Under the pieces are notes generated by a model. It did no database searches. It was not told where the DNA came from and worked only from the letters and a program-made list of their open reading frames with translations. Shown piece after piece: positions 18,569 to 28,566 of a DNA stretch of 39,086 bases. The translations under genes were made by a program, and so were the position numbers. The stretch is from a virus (lineage: Duplodnaviria > Caudoviricetes): the IMG/VR virus record IMGVR_UViG_3300005611_000076, positions 1 through 39,086 of that record, one strand, 5' to 3'. How positions within the stretch are numbered: the stretch's first letter is position 1; every line of letters begins with the position of its first letter.

Positions 18569-21500
18569 GAAAACAATCCTCTTCCGGTTCCAATCTGTAC
18601 TTGCTGTAAGGGACGTGCCTGATAGTTAGCTATAGTGGTGTAGTCAAACAGGCCTTGCTCCGTGGGCTTGAACCGCTCTCGTGCGGCGTTCTTAGCACGT
18701 AATGCGTTTAGCTTGTCGTAGCCTCCCATCAGTCCTGTAAGAGCACCTATGCCTGTACCTACGGCAGTTCCTACTCCAGCTATGTCTTCGCCTAAGCCTT
18801 GCCGCTCGCTAGCAGCTTGGTCAAAACCTTCGCCCATAGCTGTCTCTACTTCACCGAACCGCTCACCAACTTGACCGAAGGCGTCCGACGTAGCAGTAGC
18901 TAGGTCTATTACGTTCTGGTTAGTGTTACCGATGGCTTCGTTAAAGCCCTCTACGTCTTGAGCGTATTGTGTAGCAAACTCGTCAAAGGTTAGGCCAAGG
19001 TCGTTGATAGCCTGTGCGTTCTCGGCTGTCATCTCACCGTTGGCTGCAATCCCTTGGGCTAGCTCGTTAGCTGTCTCGTCAATGCGAGCGTCTACGTTTG
19101 CAAAACCTTGTTCTGTAGCACCCGCCAGGTCCAGCACACTTTGGTTCGTGTTGTCAATAGCCTGACCTAAACCTGTAATGCTTTCCCCAAACTCGTTACG
19201 CAGGTCGTTGACGTTGACGCCTAGCTCGTTGAGCTTATTGGCATTCTCAGCCGTCATCTCTCCGTTAGCGGCAATATTCTGCGCTAGCTCCTGACGCTCT
19301 TGAGCAGCCTGACTAAAACCCTCAGACGTAGCGTCGGCAAGACCAAGGACAGCTTCGTTAGTGTTGTCGATGGCTTCACCTAAGCCGGTTACGCTTTCAC
19401 CAAATTCTTTACGTAAGTCACCTACGCTAACCCCTAACTCGTTTAGCTTGTTGGCATTTTCAGCCGTAAGCTCTCCGTTAGCGGCGATGCCTTGAGCCAA
19501 CTCCTGACGCTCCTGAGCAGCTTGGCTAAAGCCCTCAGACGTAGCATCGGCAAGGCCAAGGACAGCCTCATTGGTATTGTCAATAGCTTCGCCTAATCCT
19601 GAGACGCTTTCCCCAAACTCTTTACGTAAGTCGCCTACGCTTACGCCAAGTTCGTTTAGCTTCTCAGCGTTTTCTGCTGACAGCTCGCCATTAGCTGCAA
19701 TTCCTTGGGCTAGCTCTTGACGCTCCTGAGCAGCTTTGCTAAGACCTTCAGAGGTGGCATCAGCAAGGTCACGTACGTTCTGCGCTGTTCCTTCGATGGC
19801 TTCGCTTAAACCGTTAACGCTCTCGCCAAACTGATTCTCAAGCTCGCCTAAGCTAACACCTAACTCATTCAGCTTCTCAGCGTTCTCTGCTGATACCTGA
19901 CCGTTAGCTGCTACCTCAGAAGCTATGTCTGACAGTGTGTCATCTGTCTGGTCAAAGCGATTGTCTACGTCTTGCTGTAAGTTGTTGATAGCGTCGGCGT
20001 TGTTTCCGACGGCTGCGTCTAAGCCAGCTACACTGTTACCTACAGCATCTTGCAGCTCGTTCAGGTCCATACCTACCGCATCTAAACGGTCTTGCAACTC
20101 TTGGTTCATACCGCCGTTAGCTGCAATGTCAGCCGCTAGGTCGCCTACAGTAGCCTCAATGTCTGCAGCAAAGTCATTAAAGAACGGGTCGTTCTCGAAC
20201 ACGTTGCCTAAGATGTTAGCGAAGTCTACATTATCCAGAGGGTTGCCAGATACTTCACCGCCCGCAGTGCCGCCTCCTGCTTGACCGCCTGCCGAACCGC
20301 CGCCTCCTTCCGCTCCAGCAGCGCCAGCAGCAGAACCACCGGACGCAGTGTCACCACCTGTGGCTGCTCCGCCTGCCGAACCGCCTGCCTGTGAGCCTCC
20401 AGTAGCTCCTCCGGTAGTCCCTCCTGCTGAGCCGCCTGCCTGCGAGCCTCCCGTAGCGCCGCCAGTAGCTCCGCCTGTGGTGCCAGTAGACTGAGCCGTC
20501 TGGCCGTTAGAGCCGCTAGTACCGCCTGTCACAGAAGTAGGCGTGGTGAAGCTGCTGTTAAAGCCAGAGCCGCCACCGCCTGTGCTGCCTGCTGTGTTGC
20601 CATCTGTGCGGTTAGGAGTCTCTACTTGTTCTACTTGCTCTGTTTGAGGCGTTTGAGTTTCGTTAACGGGTATTAAATTTAAAGGACTATCCGGGTCAAA
20701 CTCAAAGTTAATGTCTGTCTGCGCAGGTTCTGCTACGTTTACCAACGTGTCCCGCAAAGCTGCCATGTCTGCTGAAGTAGCAAGAGGGTCTTCAGCGTTT
20801 TGGAAGGCATCGACAGAAGCTGTAATGCTGTTAAACTCTGTAGTGTTTTCCGCTAGTCCTATTTGCTCACCGCCGCCGTGAACGTGCTGCCAGATAAAAG
20901 GCTGCTCGTTGTACATTTCAGTAAGGTCGCTGCCATACGCATTAAGATAACGTGTCTCTATGTCACCAGCTCGGTAGTTGTTGCCTCTGTACTTGGCTAT
21001 TTCAGTTCCGTTGGTAATGTAAACGCCATCCTCTCCCTCTACCAAGTAGTACCCGTACTGGTCTTTAACAGGCTCACCTGTGTCTACAAAAGAACCGTCA
21101 GGGTTTTGAGCCAAAGGAGTAGCTGACTCTAAGATACGCGCTGTGTTTTGGTCTTGAAAGTTAATGACAGGACTAGACGGAGTAGGTCGAGTTATAACGC
21201 CAGCATCTACGCCAGCTTCTGTAGCATTAGCCAGCGGGTCTACGTCCATCGTTACGCTAGCGTCCTGACGGATGTTAGGCAGGATGGTGTTGTTCCATGA
21301 GTTAAGGAAAGCCTGAATGCCTTGGTTCTCTAGGGCTGCATCTAGTCCGGGCTGTATCTTGTCGGCAATAGCCTGACCTACGCCAGCCTGTACTTCGGCG
21401 CTCATGCCCTCTAGCACCCTGTCCCAATCGGCCTGAGTAGCTTCGTCGATGGGCTTGTTACCACCAGATACAAAGTCCCAGATTTCTCCAGCAGAAGCAA

Positions 21501-22668
21501 GAGCGCCTGAAACTGCTAGTTGATTTACGTCAATGTCTCCTGTTTGTACAAGCTGCGTTATAGCACTTTGCCCAATAGCAGAAGTAGCAGCATCTACAAA
21601 ACTTACGCCTGTACTCATTGACTCAGTAAAATCAGCAACAGCGTCAGAAACTTTTCTAACAGTGCCGTCTACATCTACGCCTAAATCTACATTCCCAACT
21701 GCGTCAAACAAACCAGCGGTAGCTGCGCTAACAATTCCTGTAGTAAACGCTTCCTGTAAGTCTATGTTGCCTGTCATTGCGCCGTTTACTATAGCAGACG
21801 ATAAACCAGCAGATATACCAGTAACTGCAGCAGAACTAGTAATACCTATAGAACTAAGGGCAGGCCCAAGAGCAGTTTGAAACGCAGGACCTAAAGCAAC
21901 TGCGCCTCCCATAGCAATAGCCGCTCTAAGCACTTTTCCAAAGTTACTCTCCCCTACGTCACGCTTTTCAAACGTAATGCCGTTCCATACATAAGCATCA
22001 CTACCTTCTCTAATTTGACCTACTTGGTCAGCAATGCCTTGTTCTTCAAGGAAAGACTGGTAAGTCTGTCCGCCAGCAACCCCAGTGCCTAAGCCAGCAC
22101 CAAAGGCTGCTTCCATAGAATACGCGTCAGGTACATTGATTCCAGCCAAGGCTTCCGATATTGCGTCAATACCTTGCGGACCAGTGTAGTCTGTCTGCCA
22201 GTTAAAATTAGGGTCGGCAGGAGTAGACGTAACGTCCTCAGCCGTGAGGCTATCAATGCCTTCTTTGAAAGACTCGTAAGCCGCATCTTGTTTGCCTAAA
22301 TGGTCTTGATACCCTTGTAAATAGCTTTTGTAGTCATCAAGCGTAGGAAACATCTGACGCATACGCGGGTGAGAGTCGTACATTTTAGCAGCTTGTGCGT
22401 CTGTCCCGTCCCACGTAGGTGTAATTTCTTTAACTGCATTTCGAAACTTATCTACAGAATCTTCAGGTTTAGCAGAAGCAGTGGACGTACTTGCGGTAGA
22501 GCCTTTAGTAACAGCTATAGGATTAATAGCACCTCCACCCTGTACAGTACCAGTAAGCATACCTCTGTCTCTTTGGTAGGCAGCATAAGCAGCATCAAAC
22601 CCTGCTCGGTCAAACGTACCAGTGGCAGCGTCAAAGAACGACATACGAGAAGGAGCAGGTGCAGCCAT
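18565..22668 (-). CDS. Giant (1367 aa) virion-associated protein with Gly-rich linker and 71-aa helical repeats
   Basis: Uninterrupted ORF in the structural arm with coupled starts and stops; function unknown. Confidence 0.75.
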   Translation of the reverse strand: MAAPAPSRMSFFDAATGTFDRAGFDAAYAAYQRDRGMLTGTVQGGGAINPIAVTKGSTASTSTASAKPEDSVDKFRNAVKEITPTWDGTDAQAAKMYDSHPRMRQMFPTLDDYKSYLQGYQDHLGKQDAAYESFKEGIDSLTAEDVTSTPADPNFNWQTDYTGPQGIDAISEALAGINVPDAYSMEAAFGAGLGTGVAGGQTYQSFLEEQGIADQVGQIREGSDAYVWNGITFEKRDVGESNFGKVLRAAIAMGGAVALGPAFQTALGPALSSIGITSSAAVTGISAGLSSAIVNGAMTGNIDLQEAFTTGIVSAATAGLFDAVGNVDLGVDVDGTVRKVSDAVADFTESMSTGVSFVDAATSAIGQSAITQLVQTGDIDVNQLAVSGALASAGEIWDFVSGGNKPIDEATQADWDRVLEGMSAEVQAGVGQAIADKIQPGLDAALENQGIQAFLNSWNNTILPNIRQDASVTMDVDPLANATEAGVDAGVITRPTPSSPVINFQDQNTARILESATPLAQNPDGSFVDTGEPVKDQYGYYLVEGEDGVYITNGTEIAKYRGNNYRAGDIETRYLNAYGSDLTEMYNEQPFIWQHVHGGGEQIGLAENTTEFNSITASVDAFQNAEDPLATSADMAALRDTLVNVAEPAQTDINFEFDPDSPLNLIPVNETQTPQTEQVEQVETPNRTDGNTAGSTGGGGSGFNSSFTTPTSVTGGTSGSNGQTAQSTGTTGGATGGATGGSQAGGSAGGTTGGATGGSQAGGSAGGAATGGDTASGGSAAGAAGAEGGGGSAGGQAGGGTAGGEVSGNPLDNVDFANILGNVFENDPFFNDFAADIEATVGDLAADIAANGGMNQELQDRLDAVGMDLNELQDAVGNSVAGLDAAVGNNADAINNLQQDVDNRFDQTDDTLSDIASEVAANGQVSAENAEKLNELGVSLGELENQFGESVNGLSEAIEGTAQNVRDLADATSEGLSKAAQERQELAQGIAANGELSAENAEKLNELGVSVGDLRKEFGESVSGLGEAIDNTNEAVLGLADATSEGFSQAAQERQELAQGIAANGELTAENANKLNELGVSVGDLRKEFGESVTGLGEAIDNTNEAVLGLADATSEGFSQAAQERQELAQNIAANGEMTAENANKLNELGVNVNDLRNEFGESITGLGQAIDNTNQSVLDLAGATEQGFANVDARIDETANELAQGIAANGEMTAENAQAINDLGLTFDEFATQYAQDVEGFNEAIGNTNQNVIDLATATSDAFGQVGERFGEVETAMGEGFDQAASERQGLGEDIAGVGTAVGTGIGALTGLMGGYDKLNALRAKNAARERFKPTEQGLFDYTTIANYQARPLQQVQIGTGRGLFS
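18860..20170. repeat. Tandem ~213-bp (71-codon) repeats, about 6 copies, outer ones degenerate
   Basis: CTC(C/T)TGACGCTC recurs at 19288, 19501 and 19714; protein unit ELAQGIAANGEL.AENA.KLNELGV...QAAQERQ. Boundaries approximate. Confidence 0.9.
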
Positions 22669-22955
22669 TACTTAGCCTCCAGAATAATCTTTACGTTATT
22701 GCCTACAACGTACGCATAGGCAGCCACCAGTACAGCAGCCGCTATGGTCGGAGGCGAGAGAGCGTATATTGCAGCGCCCATCAAAGCCTTAACGCCCAGC
22801 AGAGCAGGCAATACTCCAACCTTGCTAAACAGCTTGTTGAGCAGAGGGTTAGCCTCATAAGCCCCTGTAACGCGCTGTAAGGCGATGTAGGTAGAGGCTA
22901 TGTCAGCACATTGTAAAACAGCTAACGTTGTCCAGAGAGCCACTGAGAGGCTCAT
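22668..22955 (-). CDS. Small membrane protein (DUF5658-like)
   Basis: D..ST..AL.....EANPL motif with about three TM helices. Confidence 0.65.
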   Translation of the reverse strand: MSLSVALWTTLAVLQCADIASTYIALQRVTGAYEANPLLNKLFSKVGVLPALLGVKALMGAAIYALSPPTIAAAVLVAAYAYVVGNNVKIILEAK

Positions 22956-23260
22956 ACGGCATTGTCCGCTTTAGTAGCTACGTCAAAGAACAAACTGTAC
23001 AGTATATTCATCACGTCCTCGTGTGTAGCCTCCCCGCCTGAGAAGAGCGGGAACGTAGCGGACGGGTTGTACAGCTCACTCAACGCCCGCTTGTACTCCA
23101 TCTGCACCTCAGAACCCGTCTCGTTATCACGCTCAACCCAAGAGGTGATGAATGTGATGGCCGGGACGGAGCCGAGAGGGTAGGCCACTTCGACCCTGTG
23201 CGCCCTCTCGTACCGCGTTTTGTCTACTGTGTCTGTGAAGACCTGTTCGTTATAGAGCAT
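22952..23260 (-). CDS. Hypothetical protein, possibly tail-fibre associated
   Basis: Directly follows the tail fibre gene; AGGAG RBS. Confidence 0.65.
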   Translation of the reverse strand: MLYNEQVFTDTVDKTRYERAHRVEVAYPLGSVPAITFITSWVERDNETGSEVQMEYKRALSELYNPSATFPLFSGGEATHEDVMNILYSLFFDVATKADNAV

Positions 23261-23261
23261 G

Positions 23262-25751
23262 TTACACTCCTGCTTTAAGGGCTGCTACTTCTGCCTCTAG
23301 GGCTTCGATACGGCCGACAGCTTCCTGTAAAGCCTTAATCAAACGTGACTCAGTCTTGCCTAAGCCTACAAGAGACTTCGAGCCTTCCTCACCAGAAACC
23401 AAATCAGGCCACACTTCTTCGACCTCTTGAGCAATGAAGCCTATCTGGTGACCTGAGCCATCCTTGTAGTCAAACTCAACAGGGCGAAGCTGCATGACAT
23501 TAGCTAGCTGCGAAGGCAAGTCCTCGATGTTCTCTTTCAAGTTACGGTCAGAGAATGCCGCAAACGCCAGTGCCTGAGCCCCGTTGGACTCTATGCGGCC
23601 GCTTCCTACGCCGTTTTGTAAGAAGCAGTTGATGAACGCATTACCTGTCGTGGCGTTTGTGCCTGACTTTAAGCCTAAAGCTGCGTCAGTATCGCTTGAG
23701 TTAAGCTGCTGTACGTCGAGGCCCTGAGTCTGTGTTTGCTTAGCCGTCTTACCAATGAGCATGTTACCGTCAGACTGTATCAGCATTTTGACGGTGTTGG
23801 CTGTGGTAAACGTCATCGAGTTGTTGGTGTTGTCGTAGCGTATCTGACCTACCGCGTCAGAGTCCGCATCACCAAATAACAGGCCGGGGATGCTAGACGT
23901 ACTGCCAACAATAGAAATGAACGGCGTAGCAGAAACGTCTCGGACACTCAGCTTCCTACTAGGAGATGTGTCGCCTATGCCTACGTTGCCACTGGAGGCA
24001 ATACGAGCCTGCTCAACGCCGCTAGTAACAAGTATAAGGGCGTTACCTGATGCACCAAGGCCCGTGTTTTCAGTAGTTGCATTGTCCGCCCATCGGCTAT
24101 ATGCACCTGTGTCTGTAGACTCAAAAGAAGAAACGTAGTTGTCCCCTCCGCCGTTAACGACTAAAGTGTAGCTAGGGCTGCTAGTCCCAATACCAACGTT
24201 GCCGCTGTCGTTTATACGCAATCGCTCTGTTGCCCCACCAGCATTATCAAAGCCAAACGACATATAACCGTTGCCAACGTTTACACTTCCTACTCGAAGG
24301 GCGTTTGCTCTTATTTTTACTGTAGAAACAGAATCGTCAGCAACTTCTAAAGCAGAAGCTGGGCTAGTAGTACCAATACCCACGTTGCCGCTGGAGTCTA
24401 TACGCATGCGTTCTGCGCCGCCCTGACTAAAAGTTAGCTCTGTGGTTGTGCTTCCAGAAACGTCAATACCTGCTGTTTGATTAGCTTCATTAGCCTCAAT
24501 TTTCAGCATGGGATTGTTAGTAGCGCCTTCAAGACGGAATCGAGCCATCTCTAGCGCACCAGCAGAAGCGCCTGCTACGTGTAGTAAGTTCTGGGGGCTG
24601 CTAGTGCCTATACCTACGTTGCCTGTAAAGTCAGCCAAAAGTACAGACGTACCGTTAACACGTAAATCAACGCCTTCGCCTGTAAGATTTCCTAGACTGT
24701 TAATAATTAGATTTTGATTTAGCGCACCTTCAATTGTTCTAGCAGCACCGTCTGAAAACTTTAAGTTGCCGTTTATTTCTAAGGCTTCGGAAGGACTACT
24801 CGTCCCAATACCAAGCGACTCAGCACTAGCATCCCAGAAGAACTTAGGGGTTGTGCCAGTGTCTTCGTAGAAGCTAATGTCGCCATCATCTGTTATACGC
24901 AATCTTTGTACAGCGTCGGCTGAACTGCTTGAAATTGTTCCTAAGACAAGATCGTACTGGGCGAGTGCCCCCGCTCTTTCAGATTGAATGTAGGCACCTA
25001 TTTGACCATCAGGAAACCCCGGAGTACCGTATCGATCTCGAAACTGAAGACTTAAAACTGAGTCACTTTGATTATCGCCGGTGCCTATAATTCCAGTAGT
25101 AGTTACTCCGTTAAGAACACTTAAAGCATCAGCCGTGACAGTGCCTGTTACGTCAAGAGTGCTAGAGGGCGTAGTAGTACCAATCCCAAGACGCTCAGCA
25201 CTAGCATCCCAGAAGAACTTAGCGGTTGTGCCTGTGTCTTCGTAGAAGCTGATGTCTCCGTTGTCAGCAATAGCTAGACGGCTGACAGCAAAGTCGTTGG
25301 CACCAGTGACAAATCGGAAGTTACCGGAGGCGTCAGTAGCGCGTAGGTAGCTAGTACCTGCTCGGGCAAAATCTATAGTAGATGACAAGGCTGGAACAGA
25401 CACGTTACCCTGCGCTGTGGCTACAGTAAGGGCGTCCGTAGTAGTTGTACCAGTTACGTCTAGGTTGAGAAGAGAACCGACAGACGTGATGTTAGGCTGG
25501 GCGGCAGTTAACACTGTACCCGTTACATCACCTGTAAGGTCAGCGGTGAGAGTACCGTTAACAGTGGCATTAGCGAAAGTAGCTGTTCCAGTAAAAGTGG
25601 GAGACGCAGTAGGAGCAGCAAGAGTGAAAGCAGACTTGATTGCAGTAAACTCCTGAGTGAACTCAGAGCCAAATACAATTTTGTCTGGGTCATTAGCAGG
25701 TAGTTCATCTTTGGCCCCGAAGTTCGTGGTAATATTGTAGGTAATGCTCAT
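23262..25751 (-). CDS. Tail fibre with C-terminal peptidase S74 intramolecular chaperone
   Basis: N-terminal attachment domain; repeated GNVGIGTxSP units; SDRNLKENI...LRPVEF...GFIAQEVE plus terminal coiled coil. Confidence 0.9.
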   Translation of the reverse strand: MSITYNITTNFGAKDELPANDPDKIVFGSEFTQEFTAIKSAFTLAAPTASPTFTGTATFANATVNGTLTADLTGDVTGTVLTAAQPNITSVGSLLNLDVTGTTTTDALTVATAQGNVSVPALSSTIDFARAGTSYLRATDASGNFRFVTGANDFAVSRLAIADNGDISFYEDTGTTAKFFWDASAERLGIGTTTPSSTLDVTGTVTADALSVLNGVTTTGIIGTGDNQSDSVLSLQFRDRYGTPGFPDGQIGAYIQSERAGALAQYDLVLGTISSSSADAVQRLRITDDGDISFYEDTGTTPKFFWDASAESLGIGTSSPSEALEINGNLKFSDGAARTIEGALNQNLIINSLGNLTGEGVDLRVNGTSVLLADFTGNVGIGTSSPQNLLHVAGASAGALEMARFRLEGATNNPMLKIEANEANQTAGIDVSGSTTTELTFSQGGAERMRIDSSGNVGIGTTSPASALEVADDSVSTVKIRANALRVGSVNVGNGYMSFGFDNAGGATERLRINDSGNVGIGTSSPSYTLVVNGGGDNYVSSFESTDTGAYSRWADNATTENTGLGASGNALILVTSGVEQARIASSGNVGIGDTSPSRKLSVRDVSATPFISIVGSTSSIPGLLFGDADSDAVGQIRYDNTNNSMTFTTANTVKMLIQSDGNMLIGKTAKQTQTQGLDVQQLNSSDTDAALGLKSGTNATTGNAFINCFLQNGVGSGRIESNGAQALAFAAFSDRNLKENIEDLPSQLANVMQLRPVEFDYKDGSGHQIGFIAQEVEEVWPDLVSGEEGSKSLVGLGKTESRLIKALQEAVGRIEALEAEVAALKAGV

Positions 25752-25800
25752 AAGGGTCTCCAGTGATGTCCTTTGTTATAGGCACTCAATAAATACCTAG

Positions 25801-25827
25801 AAGAAAGGAAAAGCCCCCGAAGGGGCT
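25801..25827 (-). terminator. Rho-independent terminator after the major capsid gene
   Basis: Minus strand reads AGCCCC-TTCG-GGGGCT followed by TTTCCTTTCTT. Confidence 0.85.
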
Positions 25828-25836
25828 AAGAGGGTA

Positions 25837-26727
25837 TCAGACGGTGCCGTAGAGGCGAACACCAGCTTCAGGGCGGTAGGTCTTAAAGCCGTACAATGTA
25901 TCGGCAGTCATCAGGTCAGCAAGCCATTCCTGCTTGTACTGAGTCTGAACACGTACGCCTAGCTGCTCAACGAATACTAGCGCATCCTTGTGCATCAGGA
26001 TAGAGCCTTTCTCGTCGGTGTTTTCGGTTGGGATGTTGGTAGAGACGTAAATGTCTACACCATACAGCGAACCAATCTTACCGGTTTCGACAGGCTTGCC
26101 AGTTACGAAGTCAGTAGAGATGTAGTTGGTAACACCAAGCAACTCTTTCTTCATCGCAGGCGGGATAACCCATACGCGGCTGTCCATAGGTACGTTGTTG
26201 TCATCCAACACCTGAATGGCTTCACGGAAGCCTTGGTCGGTGAAGGCTGAGTCAGCGTTACCAGCAGCGGTAGCAGTACCAGCGCCATCAACGAACTGGA
26301 GCTGTGCAGTAAAGTTAGCAGCCTCACCAATCAAGTCGGTGTCTACACGGGTAGCCAGAGCGTAGCCAGCATCCTGGGTGTAGAACTGACGGAGAGAAGA
26401 CAAAGCTTGTACGTCGGTGATGTCTTCAATTAGACGGCTGTACTCGTAGTGCTGGTCAATGCTAATAACCAACTCTTGAGTAGTACCAGCAATCAAAGTG
26501 ACTTGAGTCTCTGCAGTCTTACCAGAGGCGTCGCCACGGTCAGGCTTGGGGATGTGAATGGTGTCGCCTTTCTTACCAGTCATAGACATGGTGCGAACAA
26601 GCGGCTTAACTACAAGTGACTTCTCGTAAGAAGCGATGATTTCGTCCGACCATACCTCTGGAATAAAGGTTTGAGCGGTGCCGTTGGCTTTACCAGAGCC
26701 AGTTACGTGGTCTGTTCCTAGTGCCAT
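25837..26727 (-). CDS. Major capsid protein (HK97 fold)
   Basis: FIPEVWS, KGDTIHIP, AGYALATRVD, G.LYGVDIYVS and DTLYG motifs; strong AAGGAG RBS; follows scaffold and precedes a terminator. Confidence 0.92.
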   Translation of the reverse strand: MALGTDHVTGSGKANGTAQTFIPEVWSDEIIASYEKSLVVKPLVRTMSMTGKKGDTIHIPKPDRGDASGKTAETQVTLIAGTTQELVISIDQHYEYSRLIEDITDVQALSSLRQFYTQDAGYALATRVDTDLIGEAANFTAQLQFVDGAGTATAAGNADSAFTDQGFREAIQVLDDNNVPMDSRVWVIPPAMKKELLGVTNYISTDFVTGKPVETGKIGSLYGVDIYVSTNIPTENTDEKGSILMHKDALVFVEQLGVRVQTQYKQEWLADLMTADTLYGFKTYRPEAGVRLYGTV

Positions 26728-26750
26728 GGTGTATCTCCTTAGTGGCTAAG

Positions 26751-27563
26751 TTAACGCACACGGCCTTCTGAGTATGCTTTCATAATCTCAGGTTGTAAGG
26801 CTTCGTAGCGTTTAGGGTCTTTGTTCATGAGTTCAATGATGTCACGACGACGATAAATTTTACGAGACGACTGACTGTCAGGATTACTCCTTACTGAGCC
26901 AGTGGCTGCTTTCTTCACCTCCTGCTTTTGAGCCACCTTTTCTACCTTTGCGGTCTGCTTAACGACAGCCTGCCGGTCTTTCCACAGGTCGAACAGCTCG
27001 CTAGCAGCTTCGTAATTGTAGTTCTTGTCAGCATCTTCAAACAGTTGTTGACGAATCTTGCTTTTACCAACCCACTCTTGGAATTGCTTATTCGTTAGCA
27101 CTTCTTTCATATCAGGATGAGCAGCCTGCAATGCAGCCAACGCTTCCTGCTTACGCATTTGAAGTGCCACCTCTTGAGCGTTTCTAAGCGTAGGGTGGTT
27201 GTTAAGCATCTTCTCGAACGCAGCTTTAGGGTCTGCGTAAAAGTCAACGTCATCGAGTTCTGGTTCGGGCGTAGCGTCTTGCTGCTTAGCCGTCAGAGAG
27301 TCTTGAACCATCTTGTCAAACGCTTTACGTAGCTCGCCCACTTCCTGTGATTGCTTGCCCATAAGACGTTCAAGGTTCGAGTGCATCTCCGCTAGTTCAG
27401 CAACGGACTTGCCCCTATACTTATCAGGAAGGTCGGATGAGGACTCCTCCGGTGTTGAGACTTCTTCCGGCTCTGTAGACTCTACAAGCTCTTCCGTAGT
27501 CTCAGTTACTTCAAAGGTTTCCTTTCGGTTGTCTTCCGTTTCGGGGTCTACTAAACGTGCCAT
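26751..27563 (-). CDS. Capsid scaffolding protein
   Basis: Acidic N-terminus, LPDKYRGKS...GKQSQEVGELRK, C-terminal AYSEGRVR; directly upstream of MCP. Confidence 0.85.
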   Translation of the reverse strand: MARLVDPETEDNRKETFEVTETTEELVESTEPEEVSTPEESSSDLPDKYRGKSVAELAEMHSNLERLMGKQSQEVGELRKAFDKMVQDSLTAKQQDATPEPELDDVDFYADPKAAFEKMLNNHPTLRNAQEVALQMRKQEALAALQAAHPDMKEVLTNKQFQEWVGKSKIRQQLFEDADKNYNYEAASELFDLWKDRQAVVKQTAKVEKVAQKQEVKKAATGSVRSNPDSQSSRKIYRRRDIIELMNKDPKRYEALQPEIMKAYSEGRVR

Positions 27564-27623
27564 ATCATATCACTCCGGTCCACTAGGGGTTATCGGTTAA
27601 GGTTTAAAGAAGGCGGCTTTGGC

Positions 27624-27845
27624 TCAGCCGTTACCCTTCCGCGCTGCTCTCTCATGCTCCCTAGCCCACTTGATGGCAGCTCCGGGGAAATCCCCAGAAG
27701 TGCCGTCTAGTTTGCAGCGAACAGGAGAGATGATGCGTTTGGCTACCGCTCCGCAGCTACACCCGACAGGTGCGTCAAGGTAGTCAAACACTTCAAACAC
27801 TGTGTTGCATGACGTGCAACGTGCATCAAATATCTTACGACTCAT
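27624..27845 (-). CDS. FmdB-like zinc-ribbon protein
   Basis: IFDARCTSC...FE...CSCG..AKRIIS; start placed at ATG 27845. Confidence 0.75.
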   Translation of the reverse strand: MSRKIFDARCTSCNTVFEVFDYLDAPVGCSCGAVAKRIISPVRCKLDGTSGDFPGAAIKWAREHERAARKGNG

Positions 27846-28074
27846 CGTCTTGCTCGGCCTCTGCTTCGCTATGGTAGATGAGGTTTTCGTATCCAGCAAT
27901 CTGGTGTAGGACAGCAAGCTGACCCTTAGCAATCCAGAAAGCCTTCTCATCTTCAAGATTCTCAACGCGAGTGTTCTCGATGTTGCGAGTCACGTCAGCG
28001 ATAAAATTCTCCCATCCAGCAGAAATAAACATCTCACGAGCATCATTAAAAAACTTCTGTTCTTCAAGCGTCAT
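27835..28074 (-). CDS. Conserved-type hypothetical protein upstream of scaffold
   Basis: AGGAGG RBS before ATG 28074; MF...GW..F...KGQL pattern. Confidence 0.7.
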   Translation of the reverse strand: MTLEEQKFFNDAREMFISAGWENFIADVTRNIENTRVENLEDEKAFWIAKGQLAVLHQIAGYENLIYHSEAEAEQDDES

Positions 28075-28231
28075 TTTCTTCCTCCTTCTTCGTGGTTGAG
28101 CGGCGTGAGGTTGGCTTAGCTTCAAGCTCCTCAATCCGTTGTTCAAGTTTAGCTATATGCTTATTAAGAAGAGAGAAGACGCTGTTGACTTGCGTTAAGG
28201 CTTTGTCAACGTCTTGAACTGTAGCGAACAT
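28064..28231 (-). CDS. 55-aa coiled-coil hypothetical protein (MFATVQDVDKAL...)
   Basis: Not in the ORF track; AAAGGA RBS; first gene after the promoter at 28273-28301. Confidence 0.65.
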   Translation of the reverse strand: MFATVQDVDKALTQVNSVFSLLNKHIAKLEQRIEELEAKPTSRRSTTKKEEENDA

Positions 28232-28272
28232 ATTGGTTTTCCTTTCGGGCCAGTGGGGGTACCTAATTTACC

Positions 28273-28301
28273 ATTGTACCATAAAGATGGTAATAAGTCA
28301 A
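28273..28301 (-). promoter_or_regulatory. sigma70-type late promoter for the scaffold/capsid operon
   Basis: Minus strand: TTGACT, 17-bp spacer, TACAAT with TGn extended -10. Confidence 0.8.
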
Positions 28302-28302
28302 T

Positions 28303-28566
28303 CTATTTGGTACTTTTGCTACCTTTACATTTCCAACGCTTTCTGCTAAGACGTAGCGGACTGTTGGGGTCTTTAGCTGCTTTAGGGTGGTCTTTCATCT
28401 GACCGGCTGAGCGAGCGCAATAAGCATCACCTTTACTGGTACCGGGGCGTACTCTAGGGCCTCCGTCCTTTGCTTTACCGGCCTGACCATAGCTAACTTT
28501 CTTGCCGCTAGCCGTCACCTTCACTTTAGCTTTGCCCTTAGCGGGTTTGCTAGTCTTAGTAGCCAC
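28303..28566 (-). CDS. Highly basic small protein (DUF6321-like)
   Basis: KKVSYGQAG...YCARS.GQ......KDPNS.LRL.RKRWKC; GTG start. Confidence 0.7.
   Translation of the reverse strand: MATKTSKPAKGKAKVKVTASGKKVSYGQAGKAKDGGPRVRPGTSKGDAYCARSAGQMKDHPKAAKDPNSPLRLSRKRWKCKGSKSTK

Noticed and set aside
20260-20600. Gly-rich repeats (51-bp period at 20383 and 20434) as an independent element
   Set aside because: Explained as the low-complexity linker of the 1367-aa protein.
23262-25751. Diversity-generating retroelement acting on the fibre repeats
   Set aside because: No reverse transcriptase in the genome, and both repeat copies are in-frame coding modules rather than a template/variable pair.
25780-25840. 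T7-like capsid frameshift or readthrough extension
   Set aside because: No slippery sequence before the stop; a terminator follows and in-frame readthrough meets another stop after about 16 codons.
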